DNA of 64,000 nucleotides, taken from the NCBI RefSeq assembly GCF_035084215.1, contig NC_090329.1, forward strand, positions 119,660,001 through 119,724,000, written 5' to 3'. A program made the position numbers and the translations under genes. The notes under the pieces were generated by a model that saw nothing but the letters and a program-made list of their open reading frames with translations, had not been told where the DNA came from and ran no database searches. The stretch's first letter is position 1, and each line of letters begins with the position of its first letter. Source of the DNA: Heptranchias perlo. Taxonomy: Eukaryota. Of this stretch, positions 50,733 to 63,828 are shown in pieces.

Positions 50733-51156
50733 GTGCTCCGTACATTACCCGGTGCTCGGTACATTACCCGGTGCTCGGTACATTACCCGGTGCTCCGTAC
50801 ATTACCCGGTGCTCGGTACATTACCCGGTGCTCGGTACATTACCCGGTGCTCCGTACATTACCCGGTGCTCGGTACATTACCCGGTGCTCCGTACATTAC
50901 CCGGTGCTCCGTACATTACCCGGTGCTCGGTACATTACCCGGTGCTCGGTACATTACCCGGTGCTCGGTACATTACCCGGTACTCCGTACATTACCCGGT
51001 GCTCCGTTCATTACCCGGTGCTCGGTACATTACCCGGTGCTCGGTACATTACCCGGTGCTCGGTACATTACCCGGTGCTCCGTACATTACCCGGTGCTCC
51101 GTACATTACCCGGTGCTCCGTACATTACCCGGTGCTCCGTACATTACCCGGTGCTC
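50733..51156. repeat. 19-bp CpG-rich minisatellite, ~22 units
   Basis: Unit gtgctc(c/g)gtacattacccg. Confidence 0.97.
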
Positions 51157-51965
51157 TCTGCTCAAACGCAGTATCTAAATCCTCTGGGGTGGGCGTACCT
51201 GGGCTGGTGGTGCTTACATGGGTAACACTGAGGGATGCTGGCACTGTGAACTGCATGACACCTCTGACGCACTCAGCCAAGCTACAGAACTAGAGGAAGG
51301 GAAAAGGACAGTAGGGGACTATGCTGCCATCTTGACAAGCTGTCAAATACAGCTTACAGCAGCTTACAAGTTACACTGTGTTATGCTTGAGGTTTGATGC
51401 CAGTGAGTGAATGAGTGATTGAGGATGGCACAAACCCTGAATTGGTCGCTGACTCTGACTTCTTCATTTCCCTGCTCCCCTCTATACTTTCGGCAAGGTG
51501 CCCGTCTAGAAATCTCCCAAGGATATTATTTTATGTTATGTTATGGGCTCCCCTTCCTGGGCGGGTTTGCTAATCCTGATTAGGGCTGATTCCCTTTCAT
51601 GGACACTAAACAGACACTAAGCACCTGAGGTGCACCTCACCTGACATATCAGAGGAGCAGGCCACCTCAAAAGGGAATTGGATCTATAATTGAAAAGGAA
51701 AAATGTGTAGGGCTATGGGGAAAGGGCAGGGGTGTGGGACTAACCTGGATAGCTCTTTCAAAGAGCTGGCTCAGGCACGATGGACCGAATGGCCTCCTCT
51801 GTGCTGTAAGATTCTATGATTCCCTGCTTGGGAGGCCCTCAGTCTTTGGCCTGCTCAGCAGACCCTTCGGTCTACGGTAGTCTTGTGGCAGGCCCTTGTG
51901 CCAAGTGCCTTCAGGCACCACTAAGCACCGCTATGCTGGGGCTCCCAACGGTGGGACAAACAGCA

Positions 51966-52325
51966 ATTTTTTTTTATTCGTTCATGGGATGTGGGCATCG
52001 CTGGCAAGGCCGGCATTTATTGCCCATCCCTAATTGCCCTTGAGAAGGTGGTGGTGAGCCGCCTTCTTGAACCGCTGCAGTCCGTGTGGTGAAGGTTCTC
52101 CCACAGTGCTGTTAGGTAGGGAGTTCCAGGATTTTGACCCAGTGACGATGAAGGAACGGCGATATATTTCCAAGTCGGGATGGTGTGTGACTTGGAGGGG
52201 AACGTGCAGGTGGTGTTGTTCCCATGTGCCTGCTGCCCTTGTCCTTCTAGATAGTGCAGGTCGCGGGTCAGGGAGGTGCTGTCGAAGAAGCCTTGGCGAG
52301 TTGCTGCAGTGCATCTTGTAGATGT
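51966..52325 (-). mobile_element. Family A LINE 3' end
   Basis: KSWNSLPNSTVGEPSPHGLQRFKKAAHHHLLKGN*; poly(T) at 51967. Confidence 0.9.
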
Positions 52326-52653
52326 GGTGTTTCCTCCTCCATGTGGTGCAACCCACCCCCCTCCCCCATAGTAATTTTTGGTGTCTGCAATACAAAATAA
52401 AAAATTGCAGCTCCCCTTTAAGAAGCTGACGCAGGATCTTGAACCCTGCAGCAACACAGGAAGTCCCGCCCCACAGCCGGTCAACTGCCAATGACTCAAT
52501 CAATGTAGCAGGCTTAAAACCCTGCTCCCGCCCAGTCGATTGCTCAGATAGGATAATTCACCCTAATTGTAGTGAAAAAATCCTTCAGGATTTAAATATG
52601 CCAAAGGAGATCTTAAGGGATTTGTGTCCAAAACCTACAAGAATCCTATTACA

Positions 52654-52901
52654 TTTTTTTCATTCATTCTCAGGATGTAGGCATTGCTGCCATTTATTGC
52701 CCATCCCCAATTGCCCTTGAGAAGGTGGTGGTGAGCCGCCTTCTTGAACCGCTGCAGTCCGTGTGGTGACGGTTCTCCCACAGTGCTGTTAGGAAGGGAG
52801 TTCCAGGATTCCGACCCAACGACGATGAAGGAACGGCGATATATTTCCAAGCCAGGATGGTGTGTGACTTGGAGGGGAACGTGCAGGTGGTGCTGTTCCC
52901 A
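52654..52901 (-). mobile_element. Family A LINE 3' end
   Basis: Same C-terminus and tail. Confidence 0.9.
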
Positions 52902-53744
52902 GAGGATCTTTGAGCTCAGCAGAATACAAAGTATTTACCACATCACGACTGTCACTAAGGGCCCGCTTTACCTGCCATTAGCACCCTGGGATCACTTACT
53001 CCCCAGCCACTAAGCACAGGAAATAGATGTGAAGACCTGTAATGCCGGGTCTCTTTCCCCCCCCCCCAACCTTGATGTTGTTCTGGGGCTTCCCCCAAGA
53101 GGTTGGCAATAGACAGAGGCCAGGGCAGTCATTCAAAACAGGTGAAAGAGGCCATTCTGGGCCTACCTGCCTCACTTTCCTAATTCCCTCACCAGCCAGG
53201 CACCAATTTGGAAGGAGCTCCCAGCAGAAGCAGGCCTCAAGACCTTATGACCAGCCCCTGTCCAATCGGCAAAGGTCCAGCAGCGGCCAGTGAGGTCTGC
53301 TTTCCAGGCACAATGGACCAGGGATTGGAAGGAGAACTTCTGGCTGCTCGTCTTGTAATTCTGGGCTCCTTAGCCTGACCAAATGTGCGTCAGCTTGGCT
53401 GCATTGGCAGGACTGTTGTGAAGATTATGGGCTTCAGCCCCACAGAGGGACCCAAGGGCTAAAATTCCAGTGCAGTACTGAGGCCTTTGGCACAACATTT
53501 AGGGTTGAATTCAGAGGTGTCACAACTGGACGAGTTACCTTATCTGCAACACCCACAGCCCAGTCACATCTGGATGAGCAACTCATCCTCAGCGCTTCCA
53601 CAGTTAAATTTTAATGACAAATTTATAGAAGCCCTGCTCCTCCCAACCCTAAGATCTAAATATTCTTGGGACATATCCTGCCTGCAAAATTCCCTCATGC
53701 AGAAACAACACCCCATTTAATGCAATAAAAAAAAATTAATACAC

Positions 53745-54332
53745 CTTGTTACCTCTTCTGGCCGGCCTCCCATCTTCCCCCCTCTGTAAACTTGAGCTCA
53801 TCCAGAACTCTGCTGCCCGTATCCTGACTCGCACCAAGTCCCGTTCACCCATCACCCCTGCCCTCGCTGACCTACATTGGCTCCCGGTCCAACAATACCT
53901 CCATTTTAAAATTCTCATCCTTATTTTCAAATCCCTCCATGGCCTCTCCCCTCCCTATCTCTGTAACCTCCTCCAGCCCTACAGCCCTCCGAGATCTCTG
54001 TGCTCCTCCAATTCTGGCCTCTTGCGCATCCCCTATTTTAATCGCTCCACCATTGGCGGCCGTGCCTTCAGCTGCCTAGGCCCTAAACTCTGGAATTCCC
54101 TCCCTAAACCTCTCTGTCTCTCTAGCTCTCTCTCTCCTTGTTGTAAACTTCTATGATTCTCATTTAAGAAGCTCCTTAAAACCTACCGTTTTGACCGAGC
54201 TTTTGACCACCTGTCCTAACATCTCTTTATGTGGCTTGATGTCAAATTTTGTTTGATAATCGCTCCTGTGAAGTGCCTTAGGACGTTTTGCTATGTTGAA
54301 AGTGCTGTATAAATGCAAGTTGTTATTGTTGC
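53745..54332 (+). mobile_element. L2 3' fragment
   Basis: LELIQNSAARILTRTK...LHWLPV...KLWNSLP. Confidence 0.9.
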
Positions 54333-55114
54333 TCATTGTCCCACAGATTTGTTTCCAATTGGGCCTCAACATCCATAGCTTACTGAGGTCAAAAGAAAAA
54401 TAAAATTCAGACATCTGACGCCAAAGGACAAATCTGATTTTATTGGTTTACATGCTTAGTCTGGCATCAGTTTGCACGAGTGGGCCTAATTATTCCTTTT
54501 CTCAGGTTCACTAACTCGCACTTCCCCCAAACAAGCTCCTCTTGCCACTTGAGCATGTAGTTTTCTTTGAAACTTATATATTCAAATGAAAGAAACCTTC
54601 CTCCTGCGTGACCTGCAAAGAGAAAAGCAATAAATAAATCGCCCTCAGCAGCAGCTCAGTCTGCAGATTCATGCAAGGGCATTTTTCGAGCAAAGGCTGC
54701 GTATTCCATGCAAGGCCCCACTCTGAGCTGGTGGCAGCTTCCTTCACTGCCCTCGCTCCTGACCTTTGAACCGAAGGTCACTGGGAGCAGCTTTTACTGC
54801 GATGGCTACCACAGGTGGGCAGCATGGGGAAATGAAGAGGGAGCTTCCAAAGTGGTTTCATCTGCTTCTTTATAACCACTGGGGCATTGACGCAAAACAG
54901 CTGTCGACTATACGGATAGGGCTTTGACGGACACTGGCCCGTTCCCCAATACAGTACATCCTCCTGACTGGAAATTTGGGGAGGTTTTCTTTCCTTTTTT
55001 TTCTTAAAGCACCTTTTAGTTTTGGGTCCAAAGACGTGCAAAAGTTCTGGAACAAATTCTTCACATTCTGCAGAGGAGGGATGGGGGGAGCGGTACTTGG
55101 GGGAGAGGGCAATG

Positions 55115-55592
55115 TAGGGTTGCCAACTCTCCAGGACTGTCCTGGAATCTCCAGGAATTAAATATTAATCTCCAGGACACTGCTGGGAGCAACAGGGTTA
55201 GATGAGTAGGCTCGTGTGGAGCATAAACATCGGTATAGACCAGTTGAGCCGAATGGCCTGTTTCTATACTGTAAATTCTATGTAATCGGAGAAAAATCAT
55301 AGAGTCGCCTTTAAAAAAATAAGTCTTTTTAAATTTTCTTTGAACACTTTTGTTTGTTAGTTGTAAACATTTTGGAGATTGGCGGGGGGGAAGGCTGTTT
55401 GACTGACAGGCAAGAGTCATCCATTCGAGTAACAAAGAGTCTATTCACTTACCAATTGGCATAGGGAAGGAGGTGTGTCGCGAGGATAGACTTGGCGGGT
55501 GACCGAAGACGGGGGAGGGGGCGGGGCAATTGGAGGCAAGAGGTCATGTGATGAAATCTCCAGGAATACGTCCAACCAGAGTTGGCAACCCT
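55115..55592. mobile_element. Non-autonomous hAT-type (Tip100-like) DNA transposon with a CR1 tail nested at ~55195-55287
   Basis: Terminal inverted repeats agggttgccaactct / agagttggcaaccct; subterminal tctccagga repeats; no TSD recognisable. Confidence 0.7.
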
Positions 55593-56204
55593 CACGGAAA
55601 GGAGAAAATTGGTGAGATAGATTTATTTTAAAAATGAGGAGGTTCCTTTACCAGCAATTCCATTTCTACCAACTGAGACCTGTTGACCATCCTGTCAGCT
55701 CTCTTAACTGGTGGAAAGCTCAGTTGAAGGCAAGTAACCAGCTCTCATGCATGTGTTTGTGCCCGAGCAAGTAGAGCTCTGTGACTTCCTCTCACATTGC
55801 TGCTCAAACACTGGTGCTCAGCAGGTGTAACATTAGCACTGGACTGAGACACAGGGCCTGACTTTCCTGACATTTACCCCAATGTAATCCCTACTGCCCA
55901 GGCCAAAGCTCGGGGAAAAAGGGGGCGGACACTGGTTATGCCAGGGCCTCCACCCTTTTATGTTGGCTCGGGATTTCCAGGGCTTCCCCTGGGGGAACAG
56001 AACAGGGCACATGCCTATAATGGGAAGAGGTCCAGCGGGCCATTATTAATGAGGCAGGAGGAGGCATTCTCAGCCCCCTGTCTCTCAATTTCTTGTGACT
56101 GCAACCCAGGGCAAACAGTACAGTACAGGGCGGGGTGGGGGATGGGGGGAATCTCAGGCGGCCTTGCAGCATGGGAAAGTGGTGAGAAGGTAGGTGTGCC
56201 AATT

Positions 56205-56635
56205 AGAAACATCGGAAATAGGAGCAGGAGTAGGCCATATGGCCCCCCGAGCCTGCTCCGTCATTCAATAAGATCATGGCTGATCCCCATATCCCTTGAT
56301 TCCCTTAGAGTCCAAAAATCTATCGATCTCAGTCTTGAATATACTCAATGACTCAGCACCCATAGCCCTCTGGGGTAGAGAATTCCAAATATTCATGACC
56401 CTCTGAGTGAAGAGATTCCTCCTCATCTCAGTCTTAAATGTCAGACCTCTTATCCTGAGACTATGTCCCCTTGTTCTAGACTTTCCAGCCAGTGGAAACA
56501 TCCTCTCAGCATCTACCCTGTCAAGCCCTCTCAGAATCATATATGTTTCAATGAGATCCCCTCTTATTCTTCTAAATTCCAGAGATTATAGGCCCATTCT
56601 ACTCAATCTTTCCTCACAGGACAACCCTCTCATCT
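56205..56635 (-). mobile_element. CR1 3' fragment
   Basis: ILRGLDRVDAERMFPL...FTQRVMNIWNSLP. Confidence 0.9.
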
Positions 56636-56639
56636 TTTC

Positions 56640-57328
56640 AGCAACACCAGGGCCTGACTGGGGTGGCCAGCCGAGCCCACAGCTGCAGGCCTCTTGGGCC
56701 TGTGCTCCTCATTCTATCCTGTTTCCTGCTGCTAGGCCCTGCCAGGGAGTGGACCTGTGTCGGGCAGTGGGGGGTGGGTGCAAGTGATCCTTGTTAACGG
56801 CCAGGTCCACCAAAATCAAGCACGGCTCGTCCTGGACAGGTGCAGAGCACACTGTTGCCTGTCCAGCACCAGGGCAGAGGGGAGCCAGGAATATTGAACC
56901 CGCTGTTTATTGCCGCTGTGCTAAAGTAATGGGTTTCTTCTGGCCACCTGGTACGGAGGGAGGGAGTGGGCAAGTCGGAGGACCTTCTCCTGGGCCTGGC
57001 AAAAAACAGCCGTTCACTGGTCGTGGATGAGGGTGGATCAGGCTGCTCGCCTCTCTTTCCCAGTCTAGGCCGTGCCCAGATGGCCTTGGAGAGGGAACAC
57101 ACAGTGCTTGGGGCCTTCTGTGACCGGTGGGCGCAGCAGGTCATTGAGTGTCTTATCGACAACGATAATAACCTTGTGATTTAAATTGGGAGTTTATTTT
57201 AATTTAACCAGAGTTTATGTTTAATTAGATTAGTGGTTCCTCCTCAGTTTGAGGGGCTATTCGTGCAGTTGCCTTTCAGTTTAGTGACACTGGAGCAGCC
57301 TCACCCCGATACATTTATTTAAAAGAGG
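56640..57328 (+). mobile_element. Tx1/L1-clade LINE 3' remnant
   Basis: LLLGLAK...SR...PLF...RA..LEREH...AF.DRWA...C..D.DNNLVI* resembles Tx1 ORF2 C-termini; T-rich 3' UTR follows. Confidence 0.55.
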
Positions 57329-57969
57329 CAAAAAGCAACGTTGGAGTCCCAGAACAAAGAGGGATTTCTGAAACCCAAGCCGTCATTAACCATTAACTTG
57401 AGCTGCAATACGTTGTGACTGTTACCAAGAGAGGGTTTGAGACTGAGAGACGAACAGGACTTTGATCCATCCATCTCGTCAGCATCATTTTGATTTCATG
57501 AGCTGGTGCTCCCCCTATTGATGCAATGGAAAGAGTTCAGGAGTGTGACCCAGCAGGGCTAGGGGCGAGGTGTGGGAAATCAGACACTTGCTTTTGAAAG
57601 CTCAAATTCTCCTCTTGTCCCAAGTGTCTCAAGTTAATTAGAGGCCTAATAAAGGGAACAGAGGGGTGTACTGACACTGCCAAATTTCCCTTTTTTGGTT
57701 GAAGAACCTAAACAATTTGCCATTTAATTGCCACCACGACGCACGTCAAGTCCTTCCGATGATTCAGCCAATTGAGGCACGGAGGAGCCATGTGGACTAC
57801 GAGTGATTCCAGGTCCCCCTCCCCCCACCCCCTACACCACTGCAATTGTGAATCCCCCCCCCCAGGACTTGCTGTCCAATGTAGTGCCAACCCAAATACA
57901 GTGAGCTGCACGGACATCCATTTGGGGCGGGCAGGATGTGGGTTCTGTTTACACGAGGCCCTGACCTCG

Positions 57970-58130
57970 ACGTGGTCCAAGCCTCCTGCTGCTCCCCTCT
58001 GTCGAATAGCCCTTGACATGTTCCAAGCCTCCTGCTGCTCCCCTCGGTCGATCAGCCCTCGGAGTGGTCCAAGCCTCCCGCTGCTCCCCTCAGTCGATCA
58101 GCCCTTGATGTGGTCCAAGCCTCCCGCTGC
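57970..58130. repeat. ~47-bp tandem repeat, ~3.5 units
   Basis: gtggtccaagcctcc(t/c)gctgctcccctc recurs four times. Confidence 0.8.
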
Positions 58131-58409
58131 CCCCCACACGCCCCCCCCCCCCCCCCCGAAGGTCAGCCAACGTATCTCACCGGCCTTCCGCCCAAATGAT
58201 AAAATGGCCCCTTTAATGTTTTGTTGTTCAAATGTTATTATCCCTGCGGAATGTAATAAAAGGTGGTGTTTAAGATGATTAAAGGATTCGATAGGGTAGT
58301 TAGAGAGTAACTATTTCCTCTGGTGGGGAAGTCCAGAACAAGGGGGCATAACCTTAAAATTCGAGCTCGGCCATTCTGGGGTGATGTCAGAAAGCACTTC
58401 TTCATACAA

Positions 58410-58790
58410 AGAAAGACTTACATTTATACAGCACATTTCACAAGGTCAAGACGTCCCAAATTGCTTTACAGCCAATTAAGTACTTTTGAGGTGCAGCCAC
58501 TGTTATAATGTAGGAAATGCAGCAGCTAATTTGCTCACAGCAAGGTCCCAGAAACAGCAATGAGATAATCACCAGATAATCTGTTTTAATGATGTTTGTT
58601 GAGGGATAAATATCGGCCAGAACACCGGGGAGAACTCCCCTGCTCTTCTTCGAAATAGTGCCGTGAGGAATCTTTTCCGTGCATCTGAGAGGGCAGACGG
58701 GGCCTCGGTTTAACATTTCATCCAAAAGACAGCACCTCTGACAGTGCAGCACTCCCTCAGTACTGCACTGGAGTCTCAGCCAAGGTTTTG
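58410..58790 (-). mobile_element. DeuSINE lacking its head
   Basis: Tail and Deu domain as in 49675-50110. Confidence 0.85.
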
Positions 58791-58805
58791 TGATAAAGTA
58801 ATACA

Positions 58806-59356
58806 TTTTTTTTTATTCGTTCATGGGATGTGGGCATCCCTGGCGAGGCCAGCATTTATTGCCCATCCCTAATTGCCCTTGAGAAGGTGGTGGTGAGCCG
58901 CCTTCTTGAACCGCTGCAGTCCGTGTGGTGAAGGTTCTCCCACAGTGCTGTTAGGAAGGGAGTTCCAGGATTTTAACCCAGCGACGATGAAGGAACGGCG
59001 ATATATTTCCAAGTCGGGATGGTGTGTGACTTGGAGGGGAACGTGCAGGTGGTGTTGTTCCCATGTGCCTGCTGCCCTTGTCCTTCTAGGTGGTAGAGGT
59101 CGCGGGTTTGGGAGGTGCTGTCGAAGAAGCCTTGGCGAGTTGCTGCAGTGCATCTTGTAGATGGTACACACTGTGCGCCGGTGGTGAAGGGAGTGAATAT
59201 TTAAGGTGGTGGATGGGGTGCCAACCAAGCGGGCTGCTTTGTCCTGGATGGTGTCGAGCTTCTTGAGTGTTGTTGGAGCTGCACTCATCCAGGCAAGTGG
59301 AGAGTATTCCATCACACTCCTGACTTCTGCCTTGAAGATGGTGGAAAGGCTTTGGG
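58806..59356 (-). mobile_element. Family A LINE 3' 0.55 kb
   Basis: ORF 58869-59315 MEYSPLAWMSAAPTTLKKLDTIQDKAARL...HHHLLKGN*. Confidence 0.9.
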
Positions 59357-61358
59357 TATTACTTGAGAATTACTTTCAGAAATCTCCTTGGACACTTCAG
59401 CATTGTAAAGGGTAGAAAACCGGGTCAGGTTTACCCTCGGAACATCAAAACATTTCCTTATGTGCTTGGCCTCTGTTTGCTTTTGTGTTGTACTTTAATT
59501 ATGGCTGGCAAAAAAAATAAAGGACGGGGCCTTGGATCCACGCTGCTCGTATTCAGTTTCATATTGTTACCAGCTGTTTGTTTATATTGTGTATAGATTT
59601 TACTTGCTAGCAATTAATCACAGTCTTTTAAAATGTGATAGGCCTGAACCTCTCTCGTCTCCATTCTGAGGAAAAGGACAGTCTCAACTACATTATTATT
59701 AAACCCCATTAGCAACTGAACAGACTCCAGTTCTCCCCTCCGCTATCCCACTTTCCCACCATTTTGACTGCAGGCAATTTAACCACATGGGGCATCGCGA
59801 CTGTTTCTGATTCTCTCCTCACCCGACACCCACCCTCGGACATCCAGCCAGGGGGTCACTGGATAGCGATCGGGAGTGAGAATCACGCCAGTGTCTCCCT
59901 GCCTAGTCCAGTTGTGCTGGAGCCAATTGCTGCTGGACTGTAGTACCCACCTCGGCTAACATCAGCTGGGGATTGTTGATGTGTGATTTTTTTTTTTCCT
60001 TTTATAGTTTTCTTTCCTTTTGGCAATATAGGAGCAGGAATAGGCCATTCAGCCCCTCGATCCTGTTCTGCCATTCAATCAGATCATGGCTGATCTATAT
60101 CTCAACACCATTTACCCGCCTTAGCTCCATATTCCTTGATACCCTCACCCAACGAAAAATGAGCAAAGCAGAGGCGTGAACCTATGTGCAATGGGCATTC
60201 TGAGCACCAACCTTCTTGTGCTGTCTCACTGCCTTGCAAGCTCTTCACTGAAAGGGGAAAGGTTGGGGGTGGGGCGGGGGGGGGGGGGAGGAAGAAAAAG
60301 CCTGAGGGGCACCACGGTGAAGCACCTTGGGACCTTTTACTAAGTTAAAGGCGCTATATAAATGCAAGTTGTTGTTGTGGGGCCCGTTCCCAAGTGGTCT
60401 CCAGCGCTGCCTCAGCTCCGAGCGTCTCCCAGGCACAAGCTCGGAGAATCGGTTCCACTGAAGGGAGGGTTTGCCTGCGCCTCACTGCAGCCCGAGGGCA
60501 GGAAGGCTGACATGTGAGTACACAAGCTCTTGCTCTCTGACAAGCATCAAACTTTATTACACCCCTGGCCCGGGGCCAGCGCTTTGATATAGAGCAGCGA
60601 TCCAGATTAAGGTGGTTAGCAGCAGCTCTGTAAGCAGTCAGGTAGGGACTGCGAGCTAGAGAAACCTGTACCAACGCAGCAGTGAATCACGCCATAAAAT
60701 AAGACAGCGGGGATGTTGCTGGATCTCGTAAAGCGGGCCATTTTCTTCCGAAGGAGGAAGTACCGTTCCCATAAAAGTATTAAATTGTCTTCCACAGCCA
60801 GAGCTTGCTGGAGGACAGTCGATGAGAAGGGAGAAATCACTTTTTACCAGTCGCGTTACATCAATCTTTCTCACATGCCCATCCTTCCTCGTTCTATTTT
60901 TTACATGAATTAGCAGCTCTCCCGTGGCATTACTCACGGTGAGTCGGACACTGGAAAGAAAGAAAGAACTTGCATTTATATAGCACTGCTCATGACCTCA
61001 GAACAACCTCAAGGCACTTCACAGCCATTGGAGTAATGTTTGAAATGTAGTCACTGTTGTAACGTAGGAAATGCACCAGCCAATTTGCACACAAAAGAAT
61101 AGCCACTTGTATGTGGGGACTGGACCAGTAGATTTGTATCCCAGTGACGAGCTGACACCTTCAGGAGGGGATGGGAAAAACGTCGAACAAAATAGGAATT
61201 AGTATGATGTTCAATAGAAAATAAATCAATAGGGACAATATTTATTGCATGGAATAATTATCATTCGGTTCCTCTACTGAGCTGCGCTAACTGCTGCACA
61301 GATTCACCCATGATATGCACAGGGCTGGTAACGCTGTGCAGAGTTGGTCTGGCCATTT

Positions 61359-62174
61359 TGTTATACTGGGGTGATAATATACTAGCTTGAGGCCTCCCTA
61401 ATGTAGACTTCACTTTGATATATGTTAGTGGATATTTCCGTTACTGTCACAACAAAGGGTTGTTAATCCTTCAACAATAACTTCCGCGTGATTCCGGCCC
61501 AAGTGTTTATTTATCAACATGCTTTAATAGATTGACTCACAACAGTATTATCGTTATAATACAACGGTCTTCAGATTGCATTAAATGGCAACCTGGTTTT
61601 CCCGCGGACTCAAATTGATCGGATCTGACCTCCGTAGGCTGCCTGGGGCAATGGACTTCTGACTGTCCTCTCGAGCGTTAACTTTTGGGAGGGAGTATGC
61701 CTTATCTTTATACTGTTCTGCACGCAAGCATCTCTGGTCTTATCTGCTAGTCGTAAGTCCTTCCACCATGCTGACGCTACGTTAGCAACTCAAGATAGGC
61801 TGATTTACATAACCTAACCAATGACTTGAACTTTCATCTCTGTTCACAAACTGTGAGTTCCTCCGAGGAATGCCTAGGTCCTTGCTTATTACACCTCTTG
61901 CTTTAGTGTAGACCACCTGCAGACGTTGTAGCAAGTCTCCATAATTCTTACTTATATAAGCGATCTCTGAATGTTATCTATTCAATGCAATATTGGCCTC
62001 ATACTCCTTGATGTACTGCTGTGTTAGCTGTCCTTGTTTTCACAGAGATGATGAACCACGCCCCTGCCTCCCCCCAACTTTAACATTCGCCCTCTTGCTA
62101 AAATGTCTGTGGCGCTATGACACTAGGCGAGATGGGATACTTGACTATTCCTAGTTTTAAACCATAATCTTACA
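61359..62174 (-). mobile_element. Putative solo LTR, 816 bp
   Basis: Minus strand TGTAAG...TAACA termini; TATAAA (61707-61712) followed by AATAAA (61506-61511); flanks attt/atat (4-bp TSD with one mismatch). Confidence 0.55.
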
Positions 62175-62231
62175 ATATAGCAAGTGGATGGAGCATTGTG
62201 TCAGCTCACTGTCTTTCACCCTAGCACCGCA

Positions 62232-63160
62232 GGTGTCAGCTGTGGCTCAGTCAGTAGCACTCTCTCCTCTGAGTCACAAGGTGTGTGGGTTCAAGTCCTA
62301 CTCCAGAGACTTTTCACATGGCTGACACTCCAGTGCAGTACTGAGGGAGTGCTGCGCTGTCAGAGGTGACATCATTCGCACATTAAACTGAGGCTCCGTG
62401 GTGCCACCTCAGGTGGACTTAAAAGATCCCATGGCACTATTTCAAAAAAGAGCAGTGGAGTTCTCCCTGGTGCTCAAAACTCTGCTGCTTAATTCGCATT
62501 CTCCCATCACCCCTGTGCTCGCTGACCTACATTGGCTCCCGGTCCGGGAACGCCTCAATTTTAAAATTCTAATCCTTGTTTTCAAATCCCTCCATGGTCT
62601 CGACCCCCAGCCCCCCATCTCTGTAATCTCCTCCATCCCTATAACACTCCGAGATCTCTGCATTCCTCCAATTCTGGCCTCTTGCGCATCCCTGATTTTA
62701 ATCGCTCCACTATTGTCGGCTGTGCCTTCAGCTGCCTAGGCCCTAAGCTCTGGAATTCCCTCCCTAAACCTCTCCACCTCCAACTCTCTCTCCTCCTTTA
62801 AGACGCTGCTTAAAACCTCTTCGGCCAAGCTTTTGGTCACCTCCTTATGTGGCTCGGTGTCAAATTTTGTTTGATAATCACTCCTATGAAATGCCTTGGA
62901 GCGTTTTTGCTATGTTAAAGGCACTATATAAATGCAAGTTGTTGTGGTGGTGGTGTCCTGGTCAATATTTATCCCTCAACCAACGCCTAAAACAGATGAT
63001 TGGTTTGATTTCATTGCTATTCGGGCGACATTGCTGTGTGAAAATTGGCTGCCATGTTGCCTGAAACAATGACTAAATTTCAAAAGTATTCCATTGGCTG
63101 TGAAGCGCTTTGAGACATCCTGATTTTGTGAAAGGCGCTATATAAATGCAAGTCTTTTCT
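62232..63160 (+). mobile_element. Full DeuSINE with an L2 3' fragment nested at ~62475-62948
   Basis: SINE breaks after ttctccctggtg and resumes tggtgtcctggtcaatatttatccctc; the insert reads LADLHWLPVRERLNFKILIL. Confidence 0.85.
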
Positions 63161-63379
63161 TACTTTTCACTTGGGTTTGAATCCATCCCAGACTGATGGG
63201 ATGAAATTCTTCTCTCCCTGCTGGCTGCTAGAGTCCTGACTAAAGTCACGGCTGAGCCCAATCTGATACCCAGGCACGCGTGTGTCCCAGAGGAAGCAGG
63301 AGCCCAGGCCGATCCTCCCCCTCCCTAATATCTGAAGAGAATTGGCCTGTCTCTGTCCCAGCTGAGAGCAGACTGTTGA

Positions 63380-63710
63380 AGATGATTGAAGAATTTGACA
63401 GGGTAGATACGGAGAAACTATTTCCTCTGGTGGGGGAGTCGAGGACCAGGGGGGCATAACCTTAAAATTAGAGCTCGGCCGTTCAGGGGTGATATCAGAA
63501 AGTATTTCTCCACACAAAGGGCGGTGGGAATCTGGATCTCAAAAAGCTGTTGAGACTGGGTCAATAGAAAATTTCAAAACTGTTAGGTAAGGATATTAAG
63601 GGTTACAGAACCAAGGTGGGTAGATGGGGTTAAGATACAGATCAGCCATGAGCTAATTGAATGGTTTGAGGGGCTGAATGGCCCACTGTTAGGGTGCACT
63701 GTTCCTATGA
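63380..63710 (+). mobile_element. CR1 3' fragment
   Basis: gagaaactatttcctctggtggggg...gatcagccatga. Confidence 0.8.
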
Positions 63711-63828
63711 CTGGCAATCAAACCTGAGACCTCCTTGATCTGTAAAGGGGTTCAATGGAAAAACTCATACTGGGCAATTTTAACCTAACCCCCCACTTTC
63801 CAACAGGAAGCTGAAGGGATTGGATCAG

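Noticed and set aside
50618-51293. Three overlapping 157-186 aa ORFs
   Set aside because: Artefact of a stop-free 19-bp tandem repeat; no sign of real coding.
54522-54612. Resemblance of GGRFLSFEY...WQ to SAM-methyltransferase motifs (COQ5/METTL7)
   Set aside because: Too short, with no other methyltransferase motifs nearby; no gene name assigned.
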